Assembly (NCBI GenBank): GCA_030167865.1
Contig: JALAGF010004182.1
Span: 1-38,792, forward strand
DNA from: Craspedostauros australis
Taxonomy: Eukaryota
Reading direction: 5' to 3'
DNA length: 38,792 nucleotides
Shown here one piece after another: positions 10,383 to 21,785 of this stretch. How positions within the stretch are numbered: position 1 is the stretch's first letter; each line of letters begins with the position of its first letter. Position numbers and translations under genes: made by a program. The notes under the pieces were generated by a model. The model made no database searches and was not told where the DNA came from. It saw nothing but the letters and a program-made list of their open reading frames with translations.

Positions 10383-13300
10383 ATGTTTAGGGGAAGGTCC
10401 ACATTCTCGCCCGATCGCCACCGCCGAACCAACGTGAATCCTCCTCCTGCCATCCTCCCAGTCAACCCTGCCAAATCCAGAGGCAGCAGAAGCGCCAGCA
10501 ACGGACCGCACTCATCCGTCACTTCGCTGGACTACGGCCACAAGCAAGGCCACGACGCATCCACATTCAGCACGGCCGAGTCGACATCGGCATCTCTCAG
10601 CACAGCATCTGTTGGAAGGAAGGCGGTCGCTGGCAGCATCGATCCCAAGCAAGGGAGCAGCAGGTCCACTTCGGCATCAGCATCGACAAAAATGATGGCC
10701 GGCAATCCGCAGGCTTATCCATCGTACTATTATCCAAAAACGCATCCGTCGCAGTCGAGACAAAGCCATGATGCTGGTCACAGCCAGCAGCAGCATCACT
10801 CTCAGCAGCATCAAAGTCACGCCAATGGCTCTCAACATCCGCAGCATACACAGCAGATGCTAAGCAATTCGTATCATTCCGCAACGCGAAGGAGCGGAAG
10901 TCAGGAATCGCTTTCTTCTTCCAATCTGGATTCGTCTGACCATCGAACCCAGCGATCATATGGCCGCCCACCGGACCGATTGCGCCCGGTTCACAACTTC
11001 AATGACAGCTTCAACAGCAGCAACGGCGATGCCGACCAAGAGACCCATGATAATCCCGGCACCATGCCGATGCGAGCCCAGTCGGAGCCAGGAGCTGCGA
11101 CCTTCGATCATCAAAGATTCTCGGCCTACGTCAACCGCTTCAACATCCTCGAGGACCGACGCAAGGACCCCCAAAAGGTCACCTCCGTCGAACCAATCGT
11201 TCCGCCCACGCCGTCTACTTTCAAAAGCAGACTGCGTCGGATGAATCAGCGGCAGCTCCCATCGCCTGACTCGCGTCGTGCATCAATGGATCGTCGACAA
11301 TCCCCCAGCCCCGTCACGCGTCAGCCGCTGGATGCGAGCAATCATGGAAGCGAATACTCAAACGCGGATGTCGGTGCGCGGCAGCAGTCGTCTGCAGATC
11401 ATGAGCACACTTACAATCAAGGCGTCCGCGCATCGAGCCAACACGCGGTGGTGATGGCATCCAGTCCGCATCAGCATTCTCAGCACATCCTACCTCACAG
11501 AACTCCGGCAAGATACTCGCCAGTTGTCAAAGCCAGCCCCAATCGATCACGTTCCTTCAGTGGCATGTCAAAGGATGTCCCTGCATCGCCCTACGCGCAA
11601 TCGTATCCATCGCCTTTACCGACTCGATCACCGGCCAGAGCCAAATATCTCAGCGCACAGCAACAACAGCAGCAATTCGACAACGAAGATCAGAGAGGTC
11701 CCACCGTCCAGGATACCCCAACAAAGCAAGATGCACTCATGCGCCTGCACAGCAACATCGAAACCCCGCCTCCTGCTAACGTGCGACGCCTCAAAAACCA
11801 GCTGTGGGATCACGAGGAGATGCTTCAGGTCGCCGTCCCTCCCACTCTCCATTACAACGGTGAGCCGGACACGAAGGACGAGCAGTCCGAAGCTCAGACC
11901 AAGTCCAAAGGGTACTACCCGACAGCAATACCTGAAATGGCGGGAAAGCAAGGCCAGCGAACGTCGCAACCTGTCAGTCCGGGTCGACACACTCACGACG
12001 ACACCGACGAAAGCCAGGGGACAGCACAGCGATTCAAATCCAAATTCTACGAGGCTGCCATCGCGGCCAGGTTGCGTGGGACCTCCGTCGTTGTTCCATC
12101 ACAGGCCACGGATTCTGCGCCACCACCTGACTCGGAACCCATCAGCAACAATGCTGATACGAGTGCGGAACAGTACGTGCAAGAGAACCCTCGCATCGCT
12201 ATTGATCAACAGAAGCATCGCGCTGTCCATCGCGTCGTGGCGAGTACACCTACCGACAGCCCCTATCATCAACCGATCGCCCGGTCTGCATCAGAACGCA
12301 GCAAACCATTCGATGAACGTTCCGAACGAACTTCATCCCCCGTCGAGCTGCAGCAGCATGTGGCTGCCGAGCCGCGGCAAGCGCTGCCTCAGAAAAGGCA
12401 ATCAACCAACAATGCGGACCGTGGCTCCGCCAGATCAACCAGCCGCAGCACCGATGGACCGAAGAAGAGCACTGCCCGTTCTCATTCGCATGAACCACGA
12501 AGCCGCACGCACCAACGCAAAACACCTTACGAAGTGCGTGCTGCCAGAGGCGTATCCGTGGAGCGATCGGCTGCTGGACGTAGTTCGGCGTCCAAGGCGT
12601 ACGAGTACGCCAAGGCAGGCAACTACTCCAGCGAGTATGGCGCGGGCAGCGGCGCATCGACCCGTAAGAAAGGCCAACGATCGCACTCGGCCAGCAGGGC
12701 GAGAAGAGCCAGTTGGGGTGGAAAGAACGAGAACGGTGCCACCGGCACGAATCAAGATGCCGGCGCGAACTTTCACTCGGCTCATCCAACGGGTAACAAG
12801 GTTGCTTCGTTGCTTGCAAGGCTCAATGCCGTGAACAGAGAAGATCCGCAGGCTGCACTTGCTGCGATCGACACCATTCTGCGGGATGAGAGCAAGTCGT
12901 CGTCGGGTGAGCCGAGTCCATCGAAACAGAGGGATACGCAGCAGCAGAAACAAAAATCGCGGTCGCAGCCACTGAAGGATAAAGCCATCGCAATGGGTTT
13001 GCAATCCATACAACAGGTCGACGTGGTTCCGACCAGAATGAAAGGCAAGGGCGACGACGACGACGACGCATCGTCGGGCTCTGGAGATGAGACGACCGTG
13101 TCCTCTCTCACGAACCCGAGCTTCCAAAGCAAACGGAAGTCACGCGAATCCGTCCAAATTGTTGCAGCCAAGGCTGCGGAACACGAGGATGCATTTGGGA
13201 CACCGTTCCACGCGATGGACATGCCCGGAAGATCGGGCAACGTCGCGAATGGAGGCACGGGCAGGAGAAATAGCTTGACCAAGACGTCTGGACCATCCAC

Positions 13301-15092
13301 GGCCTCCTTCCGCAAACCACGCCCATCGTCCTTGAAGAACTACTCGTCGGCTCAGGTCTCCGCGATGACATCGACGGAAACAAACAGGCTCGCTGCATCG
13401 TGCTATGGTGGTGACAATCGGCGCAAGTCCAAATCTGCGCACTCGCAATTCTCGCAGGCCGACATTCTGATGTCGAAGGGGAAGCAAAAACAAGAAAAGC
13501 AGCAGCAACAACAGCATGATGGGCAGGATGCCGCACAGCTGGCTCCGGTACCATTTGCGAAAGCGGACTCATTCAATAATGACAATTCGATCCTCGCCAA
13601 TTCTGAGGCGTCACCAACGCCGCCACCTCAACCACTTCGGAGCACGGCAAACGAGGCCCGCAAGAGTTCGAACCCCTTCGATGGTGACAGCGTGGATGCT
13701 GATCGTAATATTTCACAGACGAACAAGGGACCTATCAAGCAAGACAAGCTAGATGACTTCATGAAGGATTCGGATGCGCTCGCCAAGCAGATTCAGGTGT
13801 GGGACGAGATGAGTTCCACCATGTCAGCAGATCGCTCATTTCTGGACCATCCTGCCGCGAAAGCGCGAGATTCGTCCCAATCGCCATCGACCAGGAAACC
13901 CAATGGTAGCAAGCCCAACTCAGCACCACAGATGTCCACGCCAGAGAAGACCATGATGTGGCCAAGCCCGCAAGGGAATAGGAAATCGTTGACGCCAGGA
14001 GATGCCGGCGCGAGACCGCCCAAGCCTCCACCGTCGTCAACAACGTCATCTAATCGCCGGCAGCATCCATGGGACGATTCCGTTCCTCCGCATCGTCAGC
14101 AGCCGGTGGATCTCAAGGACACATCCATGGATGAGGGTCACGGCATGGAGGCTGCGTTGGCAGGATTGACAGCATCGTACGATGCGCAGAAGGCGTCCAA
14201 CAAGCCCTTTCCCAGATCCTCGTCTTTGCCATCGTCACGGCATCAGTCGAGATCGCCATCCTCGAGAGATTCCGCACGAGAGAGCGATTCTTCGCCGATG
14301 AGGACGTCGGTCGATACTGAGATGGATTTCACCTCGGCATCGTCGTCATCACCCATGGAACATGGGTGGGACGTGACACCCGGAATCACGCCGCAGCAGC
14401 AGGAGAAGCAAAGAGGTCTTGCGGATTCATTTGATGCCCAGTGGGTGTCGCATGCCAAGCTCCCAACGTTCCTTGAGTCAAACTCCCAGCCAAAGCAGCG
14501 GAATTTCACGGAAGAGAACGTGCTCCAACCGCAGTACATAGATCGTACGCGAGAGGAGATGAGCAAGCGGAAGGCACCGAATTCACCGCCGCAATTTATC
14601 CCTTACGATCTCGCCTCCTCGAGCGCAAGCAACTCTGATGGTGTCGAGATCTCTTTGGCCACTCCACAACAGCCGATGGTCATCCCACTGCAGCAGCCGA
14701 AGTCACAGACAAAGCCACTGGCAAAGAGCAAAATCAACGGCCGGATGCAGCGAAGACAGGAGAAGGAATCTCCCAAGCCACAAAAGGAGCAGACCAAACG
14801 CAGAGGCTTCCTCCGTGCATTCATGCGCAAGGACAAGAAGAAGGATTCGAGCAAGCAGCAGCAGCAACAACGCTTCACTTCCGAACCAAACACCGGGCGG
14901 GAACCTCTCAATCCTCCACAAACCTTCGTCAGCGCCAAGTCCCCCACGAACTTTGACGCGAAGGAGATGGAACCTCCTCGGCGTGGGCGCAACAACAGAC
15001 GATCATCAAGCGGGCGATCTCGGTCGCATTCGCTGGAAAGATTCCGTTCCGCGAAGATCGGCAGAGTTCTGCGAATGTACGGGAACGACTAG
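10383..15092 (+). CDS. Large Ser/Gln/Pro/Arg-rich, mostly disordered hypothetical protein, 1569 aa
   Basis: 4.7-kb uninterrupted ORF with low-complexity composition and a few short amphipathic segments; no recognisable domain. Confidence 0.8.
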   Translation: MFRGRSTFSPDRHRRTNVNPPPAILPVNPAKSRGSRSASNGPHSSVTSLDYGHKQGHDASTFSTAESTSASLSTASVGRKAVAGSIDPKQGSSRSTSASASTKMMAGNPQAYPSYYYPKTHPSQSRQSHDAGHSQQQHHSQQHQSHANGSQHPQHTQQMLSNSYHSATRRSGSQESLSSSNLDSSDHRTQRSYGRPPDRLRPVHNFNDSFNSSNGDADQETHDNPGTMPMRAQSEPGAATFDHQRFSAYVNRFNILEDRRKDPQKVTSVEPIVPPTPSTFKSRLRRMNQRQLPSPDSRRASMDRRQSPSPVTRQPLDASNHGSEYSNADVGARQQSSADHEHTYNQGVRASSQHAVVMASSPHQHSQHILPHRTPARYSPVVKASPNRSRSFSGMSKDVPASPYAQSYPSPLPTRSPARAKYLSAQQQQQQFDNEDQRGPTVQDTPTKQDALMRLHSNIETPPPANVRRLKNQLWDHEEMLQVAVPPTLHYNGEPDTKDEQSEAQTKSKGYYPTAIPEMAGKQGQRTSQPVSPGRHTHDDTDESQGTAQRFKSKFYEAAIAARLRGTSVVVPSQATDSAPPPDSEPISNNADTSAEQYVQENPRIAIDQQKHRAVHRVVASTPTDSPYHQPIARSASERSKPFDERSERTSSPVELQQHVAAEPRQALPQKRQSTNNADRGSARSTSRSTDGPKKSTARSHSHEPRSRTHQRKTPYEVRAARGVSVERSAAGRSSASKAYEYAKAGNYSSEYGAGSGASTRKKGQRSHSASRARRASWGGKNENGATGTNQDAGANFHSAHPTGNKVASLLARLNAVNREDPQAALAAIDTILRDESKSSSGEPSPSKQRDTQQQKQKSRSQPLKDKAIAMGLQSIQQVDVVPTRMKGKGDDDDDASSGSGDETTVSSLTNPSFQSKRKSRESVQIVAAKAAEHEDAFGTPFHAMDMPGRSGNVANGGTGRRNSLTKTSGPSTASFRKPRPSSLKNYSSAQVSAMTSTETNRLAASCYGGDNRRKSKSAHSQFSQADILMSKGKQKQEKQQQQQHDGQDAAQLAPVPFAKADSFNNDNSILANSEASPTPPPQPLRSTANEARKSSNPFDGDSVDADRNISQTNKGPIKQDKLDDFMKDSDALAKQIQVWDEMSSTMSADRSFLDHPAAKARDSSQSPSTRKPNGSKPNSAPQMSTPEKTMMWPSPQGNRKSLTPGDAGARPPKPPPSSTTSSNRRQHPWDDSVPPHRQQPVDLKDTSMDEGHGMEAALAGLTASYDAQKASNKPFPRSSSLPSSRHQSRSPSSRDSARESDSSPMRTSVDTEMDFTSASSSSPMEHGWDVTPGITPQQQEKQRGLADSFDAQWVSHAKLPTFLESNSQPKQRNFTEENVLQPQYIDRTREEMSKRKAPNSPPQFIPYDLASSSASNSDGVEISLATPQQPMVIPLQQPKSQTKPLAKSKINGRMQRRQEKESPKPQKEQTKRRGFLRAFMRKDKKKDSSKQQQQQRFTSEPNTGREPLNPPQTFVSAKSPTNFDAKEMEPPRRGRNNRRSSSGRSRSHSLERFRSAKIGRVLRMYGND

Positions 15093-15922
15093 AGCGAGAG
15101 AGACTGATGCAGAATTGGGTGTCTGCAGAGTTCGACATGTGGCAGACACGGCAAAGATGAGAACACTGTTGCCGTGCGCGGTCGTGCATGCAAGGCTTTG
15201 GGTGAATCAGGCTGAAGGCCATGTTTCATTCTTCAAAAATGCTATGCTCCACAGCTGAATAGCCTGTAGTACTCGCACGTTATGAATGACACTCTGATGA
15301 TCTCATGATGCCGTTGTGCAATACCACAGCTCCTACGTAGACTAGAAGACTGCACACACAGTGATGGACAAAGGAGCGACACAGATCATGTTGTGGCTTT
15401 CCCTTTGGGTGTTTGCTCGCCCTGCGTGTTTCGGATGTTCTTGGTGCGGTGATGGCGAAACCGTGGATCGGGAGCGGGTGTCATGAGCGTGTCTGCTGCT
15501 TGGATGAGCGTTTCAGACGTCCCAAGGACATGATGAGAAGCAGGAGCCCACAGCTCACAACCAACTGCCTTGAATTCTGTTTTCATGTTTCGAAGAACCA
15601 GCTTCTTGTTCTCTTCGTGTTCTCATTTCGCTTCATCCGTGTCAACTTGATGAGATGATGCCGCACAGGGAACAGGAGAGGAAACACCTTTGCCGATCCT
15701 TCTCGTACGAGCTACGTTGCGGACCTTGGTACTCTGCACTCGGCTGGCGCAACACAACAAGACAACAAGACAACAACGAACGCTTCGTGTGGTGGCACTC
15801 GAAAGAAAGAGAGAGAGAGAGAGATGAAACCTGCAGATGGTCCTCATAAATCAAAAGGTGTCACAACTCAAAGCAAAAACAATTCGCAAAGCAAACACAA
15901 GCACAAATACAATCAATCCACC

Positions 15923-16597
15923 ATGAAGATCATTCTCTCGTCCCTCCTCCTCGCCGTTGTCGCCGCACGCCGCACAACCGAAACTACCACGACGCCCACG
16001 AAGCCATTCGATCCAGCATGTAAGGACGACCCTGTGCCTCCGTGCTTCTATGCTTGCGCTTGCGCTTGCACTTCCATGATATTGATGTTGTTGTGCTTTG
16101 AGGTCCCGCAACCGCAGGGTACCGCGATGGTCGTCATTATTCCTCGTTCGTCATCTGTATTGCTCTCTCATGTGCATGATCTTCTGCGAACTCACCCATG
16201 TCGCCGTTGCTTTTCGTCAACTGTTCGGATCCTTCTGCTTCGCATGTACGTATGGTATGGTGCACACCACGGATGATGGGCATCTCAATTCGATCCGGCC
16301 ACACCCAACCGCGCAACACATGATGGCACAGTGACCAGGAACTACTGGGGATACCCATACGGGTGGAGCCTCCAAGACCTTCCCACAGCCACAACAGATG
16401 AAAACAAGCACGACGAGGTGAAGGAGGTCAAGAACGTCCAGACCGCCAAACCCAAGGCCAAGCATACCGTGACGAAGTCGAAGAAGACTGTCACCCCCAC
16501 CAAAGAGGCGGAGACCCCCAAGTCGCGCCGCCTTCCATTCTTTCCCGGCATGTCCAACTCCTTGACTATGGATGACATGATGGATGGATTCGAGTAA
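15923..16597 (+). CDS. Small secreted Thr/Lys-rich protein A (~120 aa); exons 15923-16019 and 16332-16597
   Basis: Signal peptide MKIILSSLLLAVVAA follows an A/C-rich leader. The GTAAGG donor at 16020 and CAG acceptor ending at 16331 join in phase 1 to give ...PFDPA-L-TRNYWGYPYGWSLQ... Both exons show high-GC3 codon use. Confidence 0.65.
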
Positions 16598-17921
16598 AGC
16601 GCGCGGACCGACAGACCATGATGGGTCATACGAATAGCCGATGTGGAGGCGCCTGGCTCGATAATATTCACGAGCGGCAAGAGGCCGCGGCACCTGCAAT
16701 GCCAATGCCAATAGGATCGGCAGCTGCGAAGCCAGCCCCGTTGGAGACAACAAACATGATACAGAAGCAAGAGCAAGACGCAAATAGACAAGCAACCAAG
16801 TAGAATGCAGTGTACTATCACATATTCCAGGACGCAGGGAGGCAGAACAACAAGCACTCACGGGGATCCCATCCGATGGAACCCACAACAAGAGCGCGCA
16901 GCGCATCACATCCGAAGAGAATGCAATCCAAATCCGACTTGACGAAGATAAACTCCAACACGAAGCCACGCAACAAGCACGCATAACACGACCTCCGGAT
17001 ACGCGCCATTCACAAATATTACATTCTACAACACACTATCATCATCACCAGCATGATCAACAACCACAGCAACAAAAACAAAAACAATTTACAGTGATTT
17101 TTAGTAAACGAGCAAACAATATACAACCCCCTGAAACCATGCGTACCATACACCACAGATGGATCGCAAGAGATGATAGCCTCTGATGCGGGTGAATGGC
17201 TTGTTACTCTGTTTGTTGTCCTTCTTGCTGCTCACCTTGCCTTGCTGTCGATCTTGTGCTTGATGTGTTGGGTGCGGACTTGTGTTTCTCACATCGTGTT
17301 CGGGATTGTGGTCGTTCCCATCACAGAACAAAAACACGATTCGCATTTTCTGTGTTTTGTGACATTCGGGAGTTGGGCTTTGTGGAAGTAGTTGTAGTCG
17401 AAGTGATCGACAAATGACATCATCATTCTTCTTGTCGTTGGCGAACACAATCTGCTGGAAAAGAAGTGTCACTAGTGGATCGTGTCACGAACACGTCGCG
17501 ACCTCGTTGCTCGCAGAAGAACAAATCAAGGGCAAAAAGAAGCACCTTCCACACAAAGACACGCTTCTTGTTCACTGGTCTGCCCCACAAACATGACAAC
17601 CATCGCAAACATCACAAACATCCACCCAAGACCACCGGAATCGCCACAAGAGAGAGAAGACACGAGTGACACCATCAACATCAACATCAACATCATCAGC
17701 ATTGCCAAGAAAGAAGTGGCGAGCGCAAAAGCAAACATAAAACTGCGAATGCAAACGATACGATACGAGAATAGCCACACGAACTTTCACAGCATCCGCA
17801 CTCTGGAAAGGCCATCATCATCCGCGACGATAGCAACAGCAATACGCACATCAGCACCGAAACGATATTCATACCCACGCACGCGAAGGCACATCAGCCA
17901 AGTACCATGCATTCGGGAAAG

Positions 17922-18473
17922 ATGACGACGAGAAGTTCAATGAGAGCATCAGCATTGATCCTTCTGGCCTTGCTGTTCATTGGCGCGGACTGCCGTCGAT
18001 CTTCCTTTGGAACGGGTCCAGCACGCCCGAACTCTTCCGGCAGTGCTCCTGCCAGACGTCCGGAAAAGGATCTTGGCAACAAACATACGAATGGTGAGCA
18101 ACGAATGAAGCGAAGCAGACGCGATCATTTTGCAGGAGGTGCCCGCGGATACCTACTGCCTGGATCGCGAGGCATCCAATGGCCCGGTGGGCCATGTATG
18201 CGTGCGAATGCAAAACGTCTCCCGTACCCACGCGCAACTAACGGCTCTACCACCCCTCTGTTCTGCGAACTTTGCATTTCGAACGATTTTTCGCGGCTGG
18301 CAGAATTTTACGATCCCATGTTCGGTTGGGGGCTTCAGCCGGTGAGAAAGGCAGGCGAGGAGCAACGGAATGGAATTGATAAGACAGCATTCGTGAAAGA
18401 AACTCGGGCGAAGAAGCAGCACAACACACAGCAACAGAGAGCGCAAGAAGATCAACACAGAAAAAAGAAGTAG
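17922..18473 (+). CDS. Small secreted basic protein B (~107-113 aa); exons 17922(or 17940)-18093 and 18304-18473
   Basis: Signal peptide MRASALILLALLFIGADC. The GTGAGC donor at 18094 and CAG acceptor ending at 18303 define a 210-nt phase-1 intron, giving ...KHTN-E-FYDPMFGWGLQ... Confidence 0.55.
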   Translation: MTTRSSMRASALILLALLFIGADCRRSSFGTGPARPNSSGSAPARRPEKDLGNKHTNGEQRMKRSRRDHFAGGARGYLLPGSRGIQWPGGPCMRANAKRLPYPRATNGSTTPLFCELCISNDFSRLAEFYDPMFGWGLQPVRKAGEEQRNGIDKTAFVKETRAKKQHNTQQQRAQEDQHRKKK

Positions 18474-19309
18474 GGTGGGGGAGATACGGGTACTCCCATC
18501 AATGCACACGTACTTTAATGCATCACAGTGCGACCACATGGTGCAGGTATCGATAAGGCATCGATAAAGCATACCTACGAGCGATCACATGTTCCATGAT
18601 CCGCGTTACGACACCCAACCATCATTTTTTGCTCGTCCACATTCGCACGCAAAGGATCAAGCAAGCACATTGTTAATACTGCGCCAATATCCTTATCCTT
18701 CATCTCAATTGAGCAATACGCGTCCTGATCTCATGTGTCATGTCTCATACTCCTGGCATTCTGTCGCTACTTACATTGCGGTGTGTCCTCCTCGCACCCT
18801 CTTCCCCTTTGTGGTTGTTGTTTCCGAATCGCGGCTGCACCAGTTTCGGCGCCATTTGACTCGTTCGATTGGATCCTGTTGACTTCGCTTTTGTGTTGTG
18901 GTGTTGTTGACGCCAAAGATCGCGAAAGGCAAACACAACCACACAAGAACCATCCCGAACCCCGATACACAACACATCGCAACAAGCGCATCTTGCGATC
19001 CTTTGCCCCATCACCAGGACGAAAGGAGGCACATCACATCAGACCGCAGCACGCAACAGCGCAGCTCAAGGTATCGACGCTTCATCCCGCGCCCCCTTCT
19101 CACCCACATTGTGCAGCATCGTTTCAGCGAAGCGACAATCACGAAGAAAAGAGCACTGGGCGAGAGCATACTGTGTTGGGACGGCGCAATAGGAGAGCAC
19201 TCGTATGGTAGAATACTCCTGCTCGACACTCAAGTAAATCTGCAGGACGCTCCCGCACGAGAGGATAGAACGGAATAGAACAGAGCAAAGTACGCACCGT
19301 ATTACCAAC

Positions 19310-20191
19310 ATGATGCCTCTGAAGCGAATGGGCCTGGCTGTTGTGGTGACCCTCGGTTGGTTGTCCCAACCATCGCACGCATTCCAACTTGGCGCGATGC
19401 ATCCTCGCAGGGCGACGCATTCGCGCTCGTCACCAAGCTTCATGGCAGCCTACGAGAATGAGAATGTGGACGGCGAGCCCGTGGATTTGTCGTTGGATGA
19501 CCGCCTCTACCGCGTGCGGCTGGACCGATTCCCAGGCATTGACTGGGGCACGGATCTGAGCTTCTCCTTCGTCTACGTGCGCGGCATGGAACCGGCCGGG
19601 GCGGCGTCTCTGTCCGGCCTCGTGGACAAGGGAGATCAGCTGTGCGAGATCATTCCGGTGCCGACGCGGGAGGATGAGACGGTGCCCGTGATCGGGATGA
19701 TCGGCGCCCCGTTCGACTTCGTGATGTCGTCCTTCGCGGAGCTGGACAGGAGAGTGCAGGCCATCGACTTTGTCTTCTTCCGCGGCACCAAGGATGAGCT
19801 GAAGGAGGCCTGCGCGGGCGATGGCGGCGTGACCAAGGATCCGGAGACCATCGCCGTCACCGTCGTTCAGAATAAGGGCGCGAAGGATGAGCGCACTGTG
19901 CAGCTGACCGCACCAGCGGGCGTGAACGTGAGACAGCTGCTTGTGGACAACGGCATCAACGTGTACCAAAGCGTGACGCGGTGGACGAACTGCAAGGGCA
20001 AGCAGCTGTGCGGCACTTGCATTGTGAACATCGCCGAAGGTGCCAATGGGACCAACCGGAAGAGCATGGATGAGGAATCCACCTTGCGTGAGAACCCTGA
20101 AGGGTACCGAATATCTTGTGTTACATTTGCGTATGGCGACATCACGGTGGAGACATTCCCACCAATAAATCCCGCGCAGTGGACGAGGTAG
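19310..20191 (+). CDS. Plastid-targeted protein with PDZ-like domain and C-terminal 2Fe-2S ferredoxin domain, 293 aa
   Basis: Signal peptide ending SHA-FQL plus an R/S-rich transit peptide. PDZ-like segment PGIDWG...VYVRGMEPAGAASLSGLVDKGDQL. Cys pattern NCKGKQLCGTC...RISC (CX5CX2C...C). Confidence 0.8.
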   Translation: MMPLKRMGLAVVVTLGWLSQPSHAFQLGAMHPRRATHSRSSPSFMAAYENENVDGEPVDLSLDDRLYRVRLDRFPGIDWGTDLSFSFVYVRGMEPAGAASLSGLVDKGDQLCEIIPVPTREDETVPVIGMIGAPFDFVMSSFAELDRRVQAIDFVFFRGTKDELKEACAGDGGVTKDPETIAVTVVQNKGAKDERTVQLTAPAGVNVRQLLVDNGINVYQSVTRWTNCKGKQLCGTCIVNIAEGANGTNRKSMDEESTLRENPEGYRISCVTFAYGDITVETFPPINPAQWTR

Positions 20192-21516
20192 AGAAAAACA
20201 AGAACACTGAAAGCGCGTGATCTGTTGGCAGCGGTTGTTGGCTTTTCTCCACATCGCTCTTGGGCTGGTGGAAACATCACGAAGGCCCTCGATGGCAAAA
20301 CTTGATGGGAGGAATGACGAAGCAGCCGATGAACCTGCCCTGTCCCATGGTTCGTAGGCGTACGTAGGAACATGGAAAATAGAACAGACAATTCAGCCAG
20401 CGAACATGCATCAACTTGTTCTCCTCCACAGGTCGTCGTATGAGCCATAGAGACAGACTGCCGATTCGCGTCAGAGAGAGACAGGACTTCACATACGAGC
20501 TACTCCACCATCGTCTCCGCGTTGATCGGCTTTGACACTCGCCTGTGCACTCTCTGGAGTACTCTCCAAGTAAGGTATGTCGGTACACTTCCCACATTCG
20601 AGCTTTCCTGAACTCCGACAACGTGATACCCTGCTCTTCCCACAAGAGAGAGTCTTGTTGATGTATGGTATGCTGCACAGCAGTGACGCAGCAGGACAGA
20701 TGTGACACAGCAGTGCAGCACGAACCAGTACCGGCAGTTCCAACCAGTCTCCACGCCACGTGCTTGTTCTTTCAGTTGTTTGTGGTTGTGGCGTTGGCCC
20801 ATCTGAGCTGCGCACTGGTGCAAATGCGAGTTGTTCGTGATGGCACTTGGACCCGGATGTAGTATCCGGGACCATTTGCGCCAATAACTGTTAACTGGCA
20901 AGATTGTACGAGTAGCACAATTTATCTCGTCCAAGAGCTTTGGCACATACGACATAGCCTGCACGAGGTCCGCACCTGTGAACCTCTCGCTCGTTTGTGA
21001 TGACTTGTCCTCCCGCCCACATCACCGGTGCATTTGTATTTCGCGGGAAGTGTTCGTGACCCGCCCTCGTCTGTTTCCAACCGATATAACGCAAATGTTT
21101 CGTCTGACCTTCGGTTTAACGTCGTTTTAACGTTCTTTTCTGCTACAAATGTGTGAAGAGCACACTTTGATCAGTCACGATGTCGGGACTTATTGAGAGC
21201 AACTAGCGGGATTGGCCGTGAATCAAAGCAATGCAGCAAACTGGTGGGTGAGCGCTGGGAACTTGTCCGACGAACTCGCATGTGCTGGAAACAACACACG
21301 CGTGGTCAAATCAGCACCAGTCATTTGGGCAAAGCCAAACTGACGACGAACGTGACTTCACCAAACGCGGCATGCGCACGATCACCCACATGCGGGAAAC
21401 CCCAAAAGAAAACGAAAGTGGAAAACGAAAGTGGACAGAGAGAGATTCGGCAACAGTGACTACAGAGCAAAGAAGCGATACTTGGCAAGTACGTGGATAC
21501 ATGGGTCATCGGTGAA

Positions 21517-21543
21517 TGCAGAGAGAGAGAGAGAGAGAGAGAA
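21517..21543. repeat. (GA)n microsatellite upstream of GCH1
   Basis: gcagagagagagagagagagagagaga; a shorter (GA)n tract also lies upstream of secreted protein A (~15808-15824). Confidence 0.85.
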
Positions 21544-21785
21544 AGCGCAAGTGCAACTGGGACTACAGTCCACAACGCATCATCCCTGGTGGTCATCTCG
21601 TCTTCATTCGGATCTCATCCTCAACACCTCACAAAACTCAACCACCAAAGAACAAAAGACAACAACAAAAGCCACCACCAACAACGACAACCAAAGCATC
21701 GACCAACCGCAACAGTAACAGCACCAAAGCCTCATAAATTCAACTTCCACTCAATAATACACACACCGCAGAAAACAATTCCATC

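Noticed and set aside
20277-21094. Overlapping 130-160 aa minus-strand ORFs between the ferredoxin and GCH1 genes
   Set aside because: No recognisable domain or codon bias. They might be a decayed fragment, but this cannot be supported.
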